A DNA stretch of 64,000 nucleotides. It comes from Vicinamibacteria bacterium. GTDB lineage: Bacteria; Acidobacteriota; Vicinamibacteria; Marinacidobacterales; Marinacidobacteraceae. Shown here in pieces: positions 29,102 through 38,819 of this stretch (position 1 is the stretch's first letter; each line of letters starts with the position of its first letter). A program made the position numbers and the translations under genes. The notes under the pieces were generated by a model. That model was not told where the DNA came from. It was given only the letters and a program-made list of their open reading frames with translations, and searched no databases. Location: contig OZ241322.1 in the NCBI GenBank assembly GCA_965199715.1, positions 736,001 to 800,000 on the forward strand. Direction: 5' to 3'.

Positions 29102-29923
29102 GAGGCTGTCCACCACCTCGTCCGTCGCCTCGACAAGGACGGCGAGGCGGGCGCCGCGGAGGTCGTCGCCAAGCTCGGCGGTCGTGCGGAAGCGGCCCGC
29201 GAGCTCTGTTACAGCCTCTACACGCTGTGCGAGCGGAAGCAGCGGGCCGCCGAGGCGCGCGCGTACAACCGGCTGGTCCAGAGCTGGCCCGAGATCGCGC
29301 GGCTGTCGGAGTCCGCGAGGCACCGACAGGCGTCCGTTTTCGGAAACGACTGAGCGGGGGCCGCTCAGCGCGCGGGCCGGACCCCGCCCTCCGGCGGAGC
29401 CCGTACCCCGCACGGAACACATCCGGAATGTTCACTCGTCCGGAAGCGGCGGCAGGGCTTTCCTGACTCGCTTTCGCACATCGTCGAATGCGACGAATCT
29501 CGAGGTCATCGGCTCTCATCCAACGAGATGCGCTCGTTCAAGCGGCGAACAGCCGCGTCCCGATGCGGACCGACGTCCGCTCGCCCGAGTCGCGATCGGT
29601 GCGCATGGCGGCTGTGGACGGACCCGTTCCCGAGCGGCCACAACCTGTCCACATGAACTCGGAATTTCTTCTCCTGCGGCCCGCCATCGGGTTCCGTGGG
29701 AATGCCCAGGAACACCAACGCATGCCTGAGAGCCCGCACTCCGCGCTCAGCCCGCAGAGATTGTCGGCGTTGGGCCAACGCTCGCAGTCGCGAAGCAGTT
29801 CCGCGTCCTCGAAAGTCCACTCGCAGCCCCATCGATCATCCCCCCCCCACGTCGAATCACAGCCATCCCACGGACCGCGGACGACGCGCCGGAAGCATGC
29901 CCGCCGCCGACTTTCTTCGGCCG

Positions 29924-32584
29924 CTACGTCGGGAATCCGGCGAGACCGGCGGCGGACGGCGCCGCCAGTTCGCTGCGGGCCTGATCGTTCAGCCACTCCG
30001 CGCGGCTGCCCGTGACCTCGCGGGTGACGCGCAGGACGTTCTCGATCTGCTCGGCGACCGCGGGCACGTGGGAGATCACGGCCACCATCCGGCCCGCCGC
30101 GACGCTCTGGAGCGCCTCCACCGCGACGTCCACGTTGCCGGCGTCCAGCGACCCGAATCCCTCGTCGAGGAAGAACGACTCGAGCCGGCCGCCGGTGCGC
30201 TCCATCATCTCGACCATCCCGAGCGACAGCGAGAGCGACGCGAGGAATTGCTCGCCGCCCGACAGGCTCGCCGGCGCGCGGGGCGTTCCCGAGTCGGCGT
30301 CGAGGATGCGCCAGGGATCGTCCGGTTCTTCCGGCTCCACGAAGGCGTAGCGGCCCCCGCTGACTTCCTTCAGCTTCTCGGAGGCGTGGATGAGGAGGTT
30401 CCGCGAACGCCGGAGGGTGAGCCACTTGAGGAACTGCCCGCCCTTGAGCGCGTCGGCGAGCCCGGCGAGCGCGTCCCGCTTGCGGGTCACGTCGCGGAGG
30501 AGGTCGAGCAGGCGGCGGACGGGGCCCGCGATCCTTGCGAACCGCTCCTCTTCCTTCCGGGCGGTTCGCTCCTCGTAGCCGGCTTCCCTTGCGCGGGCCT
30601 GCGCCGACGCGACGACTTCGTCTGGACCGCCGCCGCCAAGTTCCCGGAAGCGGGCGCGGGCCGCCGCCTGCTTCGCCCCGGCCCGCTCGGCCAAGCCGGC
30701 GGCGGCGGCGGCGACGGCCGCGCGACCCGACCGGAGCGCCTCGAGTTCCGGCGGTCCGACGGGCTCCAGACCGAGGCGATCGGCGGCCAGCAAGAGGATG
30801 TCCCGGTACTTGCCGCGCTGCGCGTGGATGCGCTTGAGCGGGCCTTCCAGGTCCCGCTGGCGGCGGGCGGCGAGTTCCGCGCGGGCTTCGTCGTTCCGGC
30901 GGCGCTCGCGCACAAGGCGGTCCCTGTCCCGCTGCCGGTCGGCCAGCGTCTCCTTGCGGGCCCGCGCCGCCCGCCAGGCCTCGGCGATGGGTTCGGGCTC
31001 GGGGAGGGGGCGAAACGCCGGGGGAACGCCGTTCAGCGCTCGAGTCAGTTCCGCCTGCGCCCGCGCCGCTCGGTCCCGGCCTCGCTCGGCGGCTCCGTGC
31101 GCGTCGCTGGCCTCACGCTCCAGACCCTCGGCGATGCGCTCGTGCTCGCCGACGCGCTGGCGCGCCTCGTCGAGCGGAACCGGCGCCTCCACCGGACCGA
31201 TCCCCGCAATCTGTTCCCGGTGGGATGCGACGTCCCGGTCGCACTTGGCCGCCTCCCGAACGGCCGCGCGCGCCGCTCGCTCGGCCTCGTCCAGACCGAT
31301 CGCCGGCGGAGCCTCCCAGCCCTCGGGAAGCTCGCTGGCGCAGACCGGGCAGAAATCGCCGGGATGGAGGTCCGCCGCCGCGTGCGCCGCGGACTGGGAC
31401 CGTCGCTTCGCCGCGAGCCGCGCTTCCGCCGTCGCCGCCTCCCGCCGCGCTCGCTCCGCCTCTTCGACGAGCCCCGGTTCTTGGCGCCGCAACGCTGCGA
31501 GTCGCTCGGCGGCTTCCGCCCGGCGCAGCTCATTCTCAAGCGCCGGAAGCGCGCTGACGTGCGCCTGAAGCCGCGCCTCGGCGTCGCTGGCCGCCTGGTC
31601 AAGACGGCTGGTCTCGTCGAGGCGCGCGCGAGCGACGAGGTCCTCGAGTCCTTCGAGGCGGGCGAGCGCGGCCTCGACGTCCGCCTCCCCCGGTCCGTCG
31701 TCCTCGGGAAGCGCGCGAAGCTCGTCGTCCAGGGCCTCGCGCCGGCGTTCGAGTTCTCCGGCGCGTTCGTCAAACGTGCGAGCGCGCTCCTCGAGCGGCG
31801 CGGACTCCGCCTCAAGCGCGTCAAGGTCCACCGCCTCCAGATCGCGGCGGACTGCCGCCGCCAAACCCGCGTCGACGTCCGCCGACTCGAGCGCCGCCTT
31901 CGCGCCGAGCGCCTCCTTCTCGGTCAGGGCGGCCGCCTGGACGCGCTCCGCCGCCGCGCCGAGCGCCTCCCGAAGCGCGACGAGGTGCGCCTCGGGGTTC
32001 TCCGGGTAGGAACTCGCCCGCTCCCCGAGCCGGATGGCCCCCTCCTTGAGCACGTCGAGCGCCTTCCCCGCGCGCCGCCCGGCCTCTTCCAGCTCGTCGG
32101 TCCGCCAAACCTGCCGGAGGATCGCGCTCCGGTCGGTCGGCTTGTCCTCGACCAGGAGGCGGGCGAAGCGGCCCTGCGGGAGGATCACCGTGCGCAGGAA
32201 CGCATCGCAGTCGAGACCGAGCAGCCGCTGGACGCGATCGTTGACCTGGCGAACCTGCTCCACCTGTTCGACCGGCTCGGTGAGGCGGCGGATCTGGGCG
32301 CCGCTCAGACCCTTCCGCTCGAGGCGGACGATTTCCCAGGTCGCCTCGCCCACCTGGAACTCGAAGACCACGCGCATCTTCTCGGACTGGTGGTTCCGAA
32401 GCTCCGCGTTGCGCCCCGCGAACGTCGTCCGCCCGTACAGCGCGTAGGTCATCGCCTCGAGGATCGACGACTTGCCGGCGCCGGTGTCGCCGACGATCGC
32501 GATCCGGTCCCGATCCTCGAAGTCGATCGCCACCGGGGCGCGGAAGGACCGCAGGCCCTCGATCGTCAGCTTCAACGGTCGCAC
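29924..32584 (-). CDS. sbcC: SbcC/Rad50 SMC-like ATPase
   Basis: MRPLKLTIEGLRSF, GDTGAGKSS, LPQGRF, CPVC zinc hook, coiled coil, LSGGE, FLDEGFGSLD. Confidence 0.92.
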   Translation of the reverse strand: MRPLKLTIEGLRSFRAPVAIDFEDRDRIAIVGDTGAGKSSILEAMTYALYGRTTFAGRNAELRNHQSEKMRVVFEFQVGEATWEIVRLERKGLSGAQIRRLTEPVEQVEQVRQVNDRVQRLLGLDCDAFLRTVILPQGRFARLLVEDKPTDRSAILRQVWRTDELEEAGRRAGKALDVLKEGAIRLGERASSYPENPEAHLVALREALGAAAERVQAAALTEKEALGAKAALESADVDAGLAAAVRRDLEAVDLDALEAESAPLEERARTFDERAGELERRREALDDELRALPEDDGPGEADVEAALARLEGLEDLVARARLDETSRLDQAASDAEARLQAHVSALPALENELRRAEAAERLAALRRQEPGLVEEAERARREAATAEARLAAKRRSQSAAHAAADLHPGDFCPVCASELPEGWEAPPAIGLDEAERAARAAVREAAKCDRDVASHREQIAGIGPVEAPVPLDEARQRVGEHERIAEGLEREASDAHGAAERGRDRAARAQAELTRALNGVPPAFRPLPEPEPIAEAWRAARARKETLADRQRDRDRLVRERRRNDEARAELAARRQRDLEGPLKRIHAQRGKYRDILLLAADRLGLEPVGPPELEALRSGRAAVAAAAAGLAERAGAKQAAARARFRELGGGGPDEVVASAQARAREAGYEERTARKEEERFARIAGPVRRLLDLLRDVTRKRDALAGLADALKGGQFLKWLTLRRSRNLLIHASEKLKEVSGGRYAFVEPEEPDDPWRILDADSGTPRAPASLSGGEQFLASLSLSLGMVEMMERTGGRLESFFLDEGFGSLDAGNVDVAVEALQSVAAGRMVAVISHVPAVAEQIENVLRVTREVTGSRAEWLNDQARSELAAPSAAGLAGFPT

Positions 32585-33768
32585 TTCAGCGCCTCCAACG
32601 CCTCGTCGGTGCGCGACCGCAGCGCCTCGAGATCGAAATCCGCCGCCCCGAGCGCTTCGGAGAACAGCGCGGGGACGTCCCGGTGTCCGCCCTTCGGTCG
32701 TGTCCCCCACCATTCCGCGAACAGGGCCTCCAGCGACGGCTCCGACCCCTCGCCGGCCCCTTCCACCGCCTTCGCCGTCTGGTTCTTGACCGGGTTCGCC
32801 AGGTCGAACACCGCGCAACCGGGCGACCACTCCCTGAGCCGGTCCGCCAGGTCGGGGACGGGATCGTCGGAGGCCACCCGCGCCTTCAGGATCGCCCCCT
32901 CGAACCGGCCGGTCCGGGCGCGGCGCTCGAACTCGTCCAGCCCGCCGGCGAATTCGACGAGCGGCCGCCCGCCGGGGAGATCCCGTGTCTTCACCTGGAC
33001 GTCATGGCCGATCTCGACGACCACCGCCTCCTTCGTCTGCTCGACCTCGCCGAAGTCCAGCGGGATGAGCGACCCGGCGTAGCGTCCCCGGGCGATTCCC
33101 CCGGGCAGGAGCTGCGGATCGTGGATGTGGCCGAACGCGGCGTAGAGCGCCTTGTCGAGCCCCGCCGGGTGGGTCGCGTAGTCGTCGCCCACGGTGATCC
33201 GCCGCTCCGACTTCCCCGGCCGCGCCCCGTGTACGTGGAGATGCGCCGCGTAGATGACGACGCCCCGCGAGCCCGCCGCCTTTCGCGCCCTCTTGAGCAG
33301 GTTCGCATTAAGTGACCGGATGCCGTCGGCGTAGCTGCCCGCGAACGTCGCCGGATCGTCGGTGGCGTACCGCGCCACCGCGCCCGGCGGGATGAACGGA
33401 ACGCACGCGACGTGCGCGTCGCCGAGCGACTGGACCTGCGGCTCGCTCAGAAACCACAGGCGGCGCGGCTCGCCGGCCGACGCCAGATCGTCGAGCGCCC
33501 GGAAGAGCTCCTTCGAGTCGTGGTTGCCCGCGAGCACGACGGTCGGCGCGAGCGCCGAGAGCCGCCCGAGCGCCCGGATTCCCATGCGGAGCGCGTCGTA
33601 GGGCGGCCGCGCCGCGTCGAAGAGATCCCCCGTGTGGAGGATGAGGTCGGGCCGCTCGCTCTCGGCGACGGCCAACAACCCCTCAAGCGCCGCCTCGTGA
33701 TCGGGGGCCCGGTCCAACCGGCCGAGCCGCGCCCCGAGGTGCCAGTCGGATGTGTGGAGCAGCTTCAC
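32572..33768 (-). CDS. sbcD: SbcD/Mre11 nuclease
   Basis: LLHTSDWHLG, TGDLFD, AGNHDS, FGHIH, YAGS..DFGE. Confidence 0.92.
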   Translation of the reverse strand: MKLLHTSDWHLGARLGRLDRAPDHEAALEGLLAVAESERPDLILHTGDLFDAARPPYDALRMGIRALGRLSALAPTVVLAGNHDSKELFRALDDLASAGEPRRLWFLSEPQVQSLGDAHVACVPFIPPGAVARYATDDPATFAGSYADGIRSLNANLLKRARKAAGSRGVVIYAAHLHVHGARPGKSERRITVGDDYATHPAGLDKALYAAFGHIHDPQLLPGGIARGRYAGSLIPLDFGEVEQTKEAVVVEIGHDVQVKTRDLPGGRPLVEFAGGLDEFERRARTGRFEGAILKARVASDDPVPDLADRLREWSPGCAVFDLANPVKNQTAKAVEGAGEGSEPSLEALFAEWWGTRPKGGHRDVPALFSEALGAADFDLEALRSRTDEALEALKCDR

Positions 33769-35537
33769 GAGGTCGCCGCCAGGTTGTTCAGGATGCGGTC
33801 GGTCTCGGCCTCGTCCGCGTCCTCGTCGCGCTCCGCCTCGTCGGGGTTCGTCGCGAACGGCGGGAACGGAAACCGCACCGGAATCGGCTCGGGCACGATC
33901 GGCTGCGAGACGACCATCGTCCCGGGCATGAACCGGGTGGCCCGCTCCCGGAGCGCCGGGGTCAGGAACCGGTAGGCGTCGGACTCGCTCGCGTCGAGCC
34001 GGCCGGCGACCTTGAGGGCGGCGTTGCGGGGAAGCGCCGGCGCGACCGCGGAAGCCGCCTGCTGCGCCCCGATCAGAAGCACGCCGAGCGATCTCCCGCG
34101 TTCGGCGATGTCCACGAGCAGCTCCTTCAGCGGCGAGAAGCCCTTGGCCGGCGCGTACTTGTTCAGCTCGTCCAGCACGACGAAGCGCAAGGGCACCCGC
34201 CCCGTCCCCTGTTTCTCGCGCCAGACCCGGTCGAGAAGCGCCCCGACCACGAACCGCTGGGCGTCGTCGTGGAGCGTCGAGATGTCCACCACGTGGAGCC
34301 GGGCGTTCTCCGCCGAGACCGGGGTCAGCCCGCAGCCGATGAGCCGCCCGAGGCGGTTCCGCAGCTTCCCGAGGCGGCGCAGGAATGCCTGCCGGGTGAC
34401 CGCCGCGACGCGCCCGAACCACTCGGTCTCGGCGGACTCATCCATCTCAAGCTGCTCGAGGAGGGCGACGAGTTCGCCGAAGTTACGGATGACGTGTCCC
34501 GCTCCGGCGGAAGCCTCCTCCGGCTCCCTTGCCGCCAGCCGGTCCGGGTTGTATCCGGTTCCCTCGGGCGGCTGGTTCAGGATCACGACCGCCCCGGTGG
34601 AGTCGCCGGCGAGCCGCCGCAACCGGCGAAGGAGCTGGATCCGAACCTGCTGCTCGACGATCCCTATGTGGGTGGAACGGTCGTCGTCGGCGGTGAAGCA
34701 GAACTGGAGGAGCTGCTCCCGAATGAACTGCTCGGGGGTCCAGCCGTAGGCGCGCACCTCGGCGGTCTTGCGGGAGCGGACCGACGCCACGACCGTGTCG
34801 GCGGTCGCCGGCGCGTAGAGCCGCACCGAGCGGAAGGGGCCCGGCTCCAGTACGCCGAGCGTCGTCCAGCCCTTGAGCGCCTCCGGTTTCCCCGCGAACT
34901 CGCGGTTGCCGCGGTCGATGTGCAGCAGGTCCTCGCCCTTCGTGTTGAAGACGAGCGCCCGGACGCCCTCGCGCTCGGCCCTGCCCCCGAGGAGGTCCAT
35001 CCCGCGGTCGGTCTCCAGCAACTGGTAGAGGAGGAACAGCGCGTAGGAGGTCTTGGTGGCCACTCCCGAAATGCCCGAGATCGAGACGTGGCCGCCCGAG
35101 CGCCCGTCCACGAAGCGCATGTCGGCGTGGACCGGCTCTCCGCCGAGGTCGAGCCCGACGGGCAGCATCCCCCGCGTCATCTCGTCCTCGAACAGCGCGG
35201 TGCGGCGGTGATCGCCGACCGCCCGCTCCACGCTGGCTCCGGCGTGCGGGGCCACGAAGATCTCGGGCACGACCCGCAGCACGCGGACCTCGGCCCGCCG
35301 GACGTGCTCCGCCGGCAGCGTGCGATCGGCGACCCGCTGCGTGTCCGACGGGAGGTCCGCGCCCTCGAGCCGCGATCGCAGCTCGGTGACGATGCCGTAG
35401 TGCGTCACGCTGCGCCCGCCGGGAAGCGGGGTCGTGACCGCCACCAGCTCGTCAAGCTGGACGAGCGCGTCCGGCTCCAGAACCACATGGAAGACCCGCG
35501 AATCGCTGTCCACCGACCCGTCAACGAGTCCGATCAT
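33765..35537 (-). CDS. herA: HerA-family ATPase/helicase
   Basis: HVSISGISGVATKTSY (variant Walker A), FNTKGEDLL, VVLDELNKYAP, ERGRSLG..LIGAQQ. Confidence 0.85.
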   Translation of the reverse strand: MIGLVDGSVDSDSRVFHVVLEPDALVQLDELVAVTTPLPGGRSVTHYGIVTELRSRLEGADLPSDTQRVADRTLPAEHVRRAEVRVLRVVPEIFVAPHAGASVERAVGDHRRTALFEDEMTRGMLPVGLDLGGEPVHADMRFVDGRSGGHVSISGISGVATKTSYALFLLYQLLETDRGMDLLGGRAEREGVRALVFNTKGEDLLHIDRGNREFAGKPEALKGWTTLGVLEPGPFRSVRLYAPATADTVVASVRSRKTAEVRAYGWTPEQFIREQLLQFCFTADDDRSTHIGIVEQQVRIQLLRRLRRLAGDSTGAVVILNQPPEGTGYNPDRLAAREPEEASAGAGHVIRNFGELVALLEQLEMDESAETEWFGRVAAVTRQAFLRRLGKLRNRLGRLIGCGLTPVSAENARLHVVDISTLHDDAQRFVVGALLDRVWREKQGTGRVPLRFVVLDELNKYAPAKGFSPLKELLVDIAERGRSLGVLLIGAQQAASAVAPALPRNAALKVAGRLDASESDAYRFLTPALRERATRFMPGTMVVSQPIVPEPIPVRFPFPPFATNPDEAERDEDADEAETDRILNNLAATS

Positions 35538-36487
35538 GGGGAGTTCCTCCGCATCGCCGCCTCGCGCACCGCCCGCAGCGCGAGCCGGGCGTCGCCCTGC
35601 AAGTGATGGAGATGGCGTTCCAACCCGGCGATGGGGGTCAGGTTGACGGGAGCCCGGGCGTCCCGATGGAGCGCCGAGCCGAATCCGGGAAGCCAGCCCG
35701 AGGCCCGGTCCGCGATCGCGACGGCGGCCTCAAGGCCGACGGCGGCCCCGACCTCGATGCGGGCGATCCCCGACCACGGGGCGGCCCAGAGGCCGGGGTC
35801 GCCGATCCGGAGATAGCAGGCGTAGTCGTCGCCGAGCGCGAACAGGCCCGACCGCTCCCCGACGGCGAGCTCGGGGACGCGGGCCCAGTGCTCGGGCGCG
35901 AGCGTCCGCCGGCGATGCGTCTTCACGTAACCGAGAACCGGGACCGTCCGATGCTGGCGGATGTTGTGGAGCGGGCCGTCGAGGACCGTCAGCCATCCAT
36001 CGCCCGCGAGCGACTCGGCGGTCTCGGCCTCGGCGTCGCGCATCAGCCGCTGGTGCGCTTGACGGGCGTCGGCGAAATCGCCGCCGGGCGTGGCGTGCGC
36101 CTCCCAGCTCCACGCGCCCCGATCCGGGAGGGACACCGTTGCGCCGCCGGTGAAGACGGTGACGCGCCCGACCGCGACCCGGGCGAAAGTCGCCGGCGGA
36201 TCGGGAGTCACGAGAACCGCGCCCGAGGCCCAGCTCCCCGCGACGCCGGTGCGCACGGTCCCGTCGGGCGCCGTCAGGGTGAGCCGCGCCTCGGTCCGCA
36301 TCACGCCGTCCACGAAGGCGATCCGCTCGGGCGCGTCGGCCCGCCGCGGCCGATGCGCGACGAACGCGCCGCCGTCCTCGGCCAGCTCGCACTCCACGTC
36401 CAGCTCGGGGCTTCCGCCGGCCTCGTAGGCGGCGCCGTACGCGGGATCGAAGGCGTCCACGCCGATCCGGCCCGAGGGTCGCTCCAT
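35534..36487 (-). CDS. NurA-like nuclease
   Basis: AFVDGV, VLDGPL, GYVKTH, GERS, DARAPVNL..IAGLE; first gene of the herA-sbcD-sbcC operon. Confidence 0.75.
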   Translation of the reverse strand: MERPSGRIGVDAFDPAYGAAYEAGGSPELDVECELAEDGGAFVAHRPRRADAPERIAFVDGVMRTEARLTLTAPDGTVRTGVAGSWASGAVLVTPDPPATFARVAVGRVTVFTGGATVSLPDRGAWSWEAHATPGGDFADARQAHQRLMRDAEAETAESLAGDGWLTVLDGPLHNIRQHRTVPVLGYVKTHRRRTLAPEHWARVPELAVGERSGLFALGDDYACYLRIGDPGLWAAPWSGIARIEVGAAVGLEAAVAIADRASGWLPGFGSALHRDARAPVNLTPIAGLERHLHHLQGDARLALRAVREAAMRRNSP

Positions 36488-36575
36488 CTTCGCGGGGAAC
36501 CGTAGCCGAGCGCTGCGACGCCTTCGGTCACGCCGGCCCTCCCGGATACACTCGCGCCCCGCCCGGAGGAACCCC

Positions 36576-37865
36576 ATGACCCGACTCGTCGCGATCCTGC
36601 CGCTGCTCGCCTCCCCCGCCGCCGCGCAGACGGGAGCGTGGGACGAGCGCATCCAGGCGGCGGTCGCCGAGTTCGAAGAGGAGACGGTGGCCTTCCGGCA
36701 GCACGTCCACCAGTACCCCGAGCTCGGCAACCGCGAGTTCGAGACGGCGCGGATGGTCGCCGACCACCTCATCGCGCTCGGCTTCGACGACGTCCGCACC
36801 GAGGTCGCGCACACCGGCGTGGTGGGCGTGCTGCGGGGCGGCAAGCCCGGGCCGGTCATCGCCGTCCGCGCCGACATGGACGCGCTGCCGGTGACCGAGG
36901 ACACCGACCTTCCCTTCGCCTCGAAGGTGCGGACCACCTACAACGGGCTGGAAGTCGGCGTGATGCACGCCTGCGGGCACGACGTCCACACGGCGGTCCA
37001 GTACGGAGTCGCGAGCGTCCTCACTTCCATGCGGGAGGACATCCCCGGCACGATCCTGTTCATCTTCCAGCCCGCCGAGGAGGGGCCGCCGCCGGGCGAG
37101 GAGGGCGGCGCCGAGCTGATGCTCCGGGAGGGGGCCTTCGCCGATCCGAAGCCGCAGGCGGTCTTCGGGCTGCACACGCTTTCCGGGCTGCCGCTCGGGC
37201 AAGTCGGCTACACGTCGGGTCCGGCGCTCGCCGCGGTGGATCACTTCCAGGCGACGATCACCGGCGTCCAGACCCACGGGGCCCAGCCGCAGGCCGGGAT
37301 CGATCCGGTCGTGATGGCGGCGCAGGCGATCCTCTCGCTGCAGACGATCGCCTCGCGCAACGTCCACCCGCTGAAGCCGGTCGTCGTGACCGTGGGCATG
37401 GTCCACGGCGGCGAGCGCTTCAACATCATCCCCGACGCGGTCGCGATCGAGGGCACCGTCCGCAGTTACGACCCCGACGTGCGCGATCTGGTCGAGGCCC
37501 GGATGGCCGAGGTGCTCGACGGCATCACGAGCTCGGGCGGCGGCTCGTACGAGCTCGACTACTCCCGCGGCTTCCCCGCGACGATCAACAACCCCGAGCT
37601 CACCTCCGAGAGCCTCGTGACGCTGCGGGCGGTCGTCGGCGACGACAACGCGCTGGAACTCGATCCGACCATGGGCGGCGAGGACTTCTCGTACTTCGCC
37701 AACGAGGTGCCGGGCTTCTTCTACCGGCTGGGCATCCATCGGGAAGGCACCCGAACCGGACCGCACCACTCGCCCTTCTTCCGGGCGGACGACGCCTCGG
37801 TGGGCATCGGGATGCGCGTGATGGCGAACGTGCTCATGGACTACCTGCTCCGGAACTCGGACTGA
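36576..37865 (+). CDS. Secreted M20D amidohydrolase
   Basis: HQYPELGNREF, RADMDALP, MHACGHD, FQPAEE, GEDFS. Confidence 0.92.
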   Translation: MTRLVAILPLLASPAAAQTGAWDERIQAAVAEFEEETVAFRQHVHQYPELGNREFETARMVADHLIALGFDDVRTEVAHTGVVGVLRGGKPGPVIAVRADMDALPVTEDTDLPFASKVRTTYNGLEVGVMHACGHDVHTAVQYGVASVLTSMREDIPGTILFIFQPAEEGPPPGEEGGAELMLREGAFADPKPQAVFGLHTLSGLPLGQVGYTSGPALAAVDHFQATITGVQTHGAQPQAGIDPVVMAAQAILSLQTIASRNVHPLKPVVVTVGMVHGGERFNIIPDAVAIEGTVRSYDPDVRDLVEARMAEVLDGITSSGGGSYELDYSRGFPATINNPELTSESLVTLRAVVGDDNALELDPTMGGEDFSYFANEVPGFFYRLGIHREGTRTGPHHSPFFRADDASVGIGMRVMANVLMDYLLRNSD

Positions 37866-38819
37866 GTGGCGCTCCGCGTCGCGTTCGCCGAGCGGCCGCC
37901 GGCCCTCGTGCAGGCCGTGGCCGGGGAGGCCTTTGCCGAGTTCGACCTGCGGATTCCCGAGGCCGACGGGGACGTTCCGCGAGCCGACGCGCTGATCGCC
38001 CGCAAGCGCCGGGTCGGCGCCGGGGAACTGGAAGCGGCTCGCCCCTCGCTCGTGGTCGCGCTCGGGCGGTATCCCATCGCCGTCGATGAGGACGTCGCAG
38101 TTCCCGTGCGGTGCGTGCCGCACCCGGGCGCGATGGCGGTCGCCGACCACGCGATGGCGCTCCTCATGGCGGTGGCGCGGCGGATCGTCGAGGGCGACGC
38201 CGGCGTGCGGGCCGGGGCGTACCGGGAGCTCGGGCTGGCCCCGGCGGTCACGACCGAGCGCTCGTTCGCCTTCAACTGGCTCGGGCGGAAGGACATCGTC
38301 CTCCTCGACGGGCTGCGGCTCGGCCTCGTCGGCTTCGGCTCGATCGGCCAGGAGGTGGCGCGGCGCGCCGCCGGGTTCGGGATGCGCGTCCGCTACTTCC
38401 AGCGCCGGCCCCTGCCCGACTCGTGGAACCGCCGGCTCGGGGTCGAGCCGCTGCCGTGGGACCGCCTCCTCGCCGAGTCCGACGTGCTGAGCCTCCACGC
38501 CCCGCACACCGAAGCCACCGAGAACCTGATCGACGGCGCCGCGCTCGACCGGACGCCCGCGGGCGCGATCCTCGTGAACACCGCCCGCGGCGGCCTCGTG
38601 GACGAGGCGGCGCTCGTCGAGCGGCTCCGCAGCGGACGGCTCGGCGGCGCCGGGCTGGACGTGTTCCGGGAGGAGCCGCTTCCCGCGGGCCACCCCTTCA
38701 TCGACGCGCCGCGCCTCGTGCTCGCGCCGCATGCCGGCGGCGCCGGGGCGGGCGGGCAGCGGCAACTCTTCGCCCGGGTCGCGGACGCGATCCGGAGCCA
38801 TTTCGGAGACGACGCATGA
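37866..38819 (+). CDS. D-2-hydroxyacid dehydrogenase, NAD-binding
   Basis: GLVGFGSIG, SLHAP, NTARGGLVDE, GLDVF..EP, APH. Confidence 0.88.
   Translation: MALRVAFAERPPALVQAVAGEAFAEFDLRIPEADGDVPRADALIARKRRVGAGELEAARPSLVVALGRYPIAVDEDVAVPVRCVPHPGAMAVADHAMALLMAVARRIVEGDAGVRAGAYRELGLAPAVTTERSFAFNWLGRKDIVLLDGLRLGLVGFGSIGQEVARRAAGFGMRVRYFQRRPLPDSWNRRLGVEPLPWDRLLAESDVLSLHAPHTEATENLIDGAALDRTPAGAILVNTARGGLVDEAALVERLRSGRLGGAGLDVFREEPLPAGHPFIDAPRLVLAPHAGGAGAGGQRQLFARVADAIRSHFGDDA

Larger units (their letters stand above)
26424..29353 (+). pseudogene. DUF1156-domain adenine DNA methyltransferase, copy B (full length but frame-disrupted at about 27595-27712)
   Basis: 5' half in ORF 26328..27650 and 3' half in ORF 26531..29353; DPFAGGG and TDPPYYDN present; full C-terminus WEAVHHL...YNRLVQSWPEI. 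Confidence 0.88.

Noticed and set aside
20226-29353. Inverted duplication as a pure assembly artefact
   Set aside because: The copies differ by many synonymous changes and have distinct, protein-like variable regions, so both alleles are real sequences. Read support is still needed for their arrangement.
29354-29923. ORFs 29506..29832 and 29488..30015, and a C9 tract at 29840-29848 as a phase-variation slip site
   Set aside because: No recognisable protein; a 9-bp C run is unremarkable at this GC and cannot be tied to a gene.
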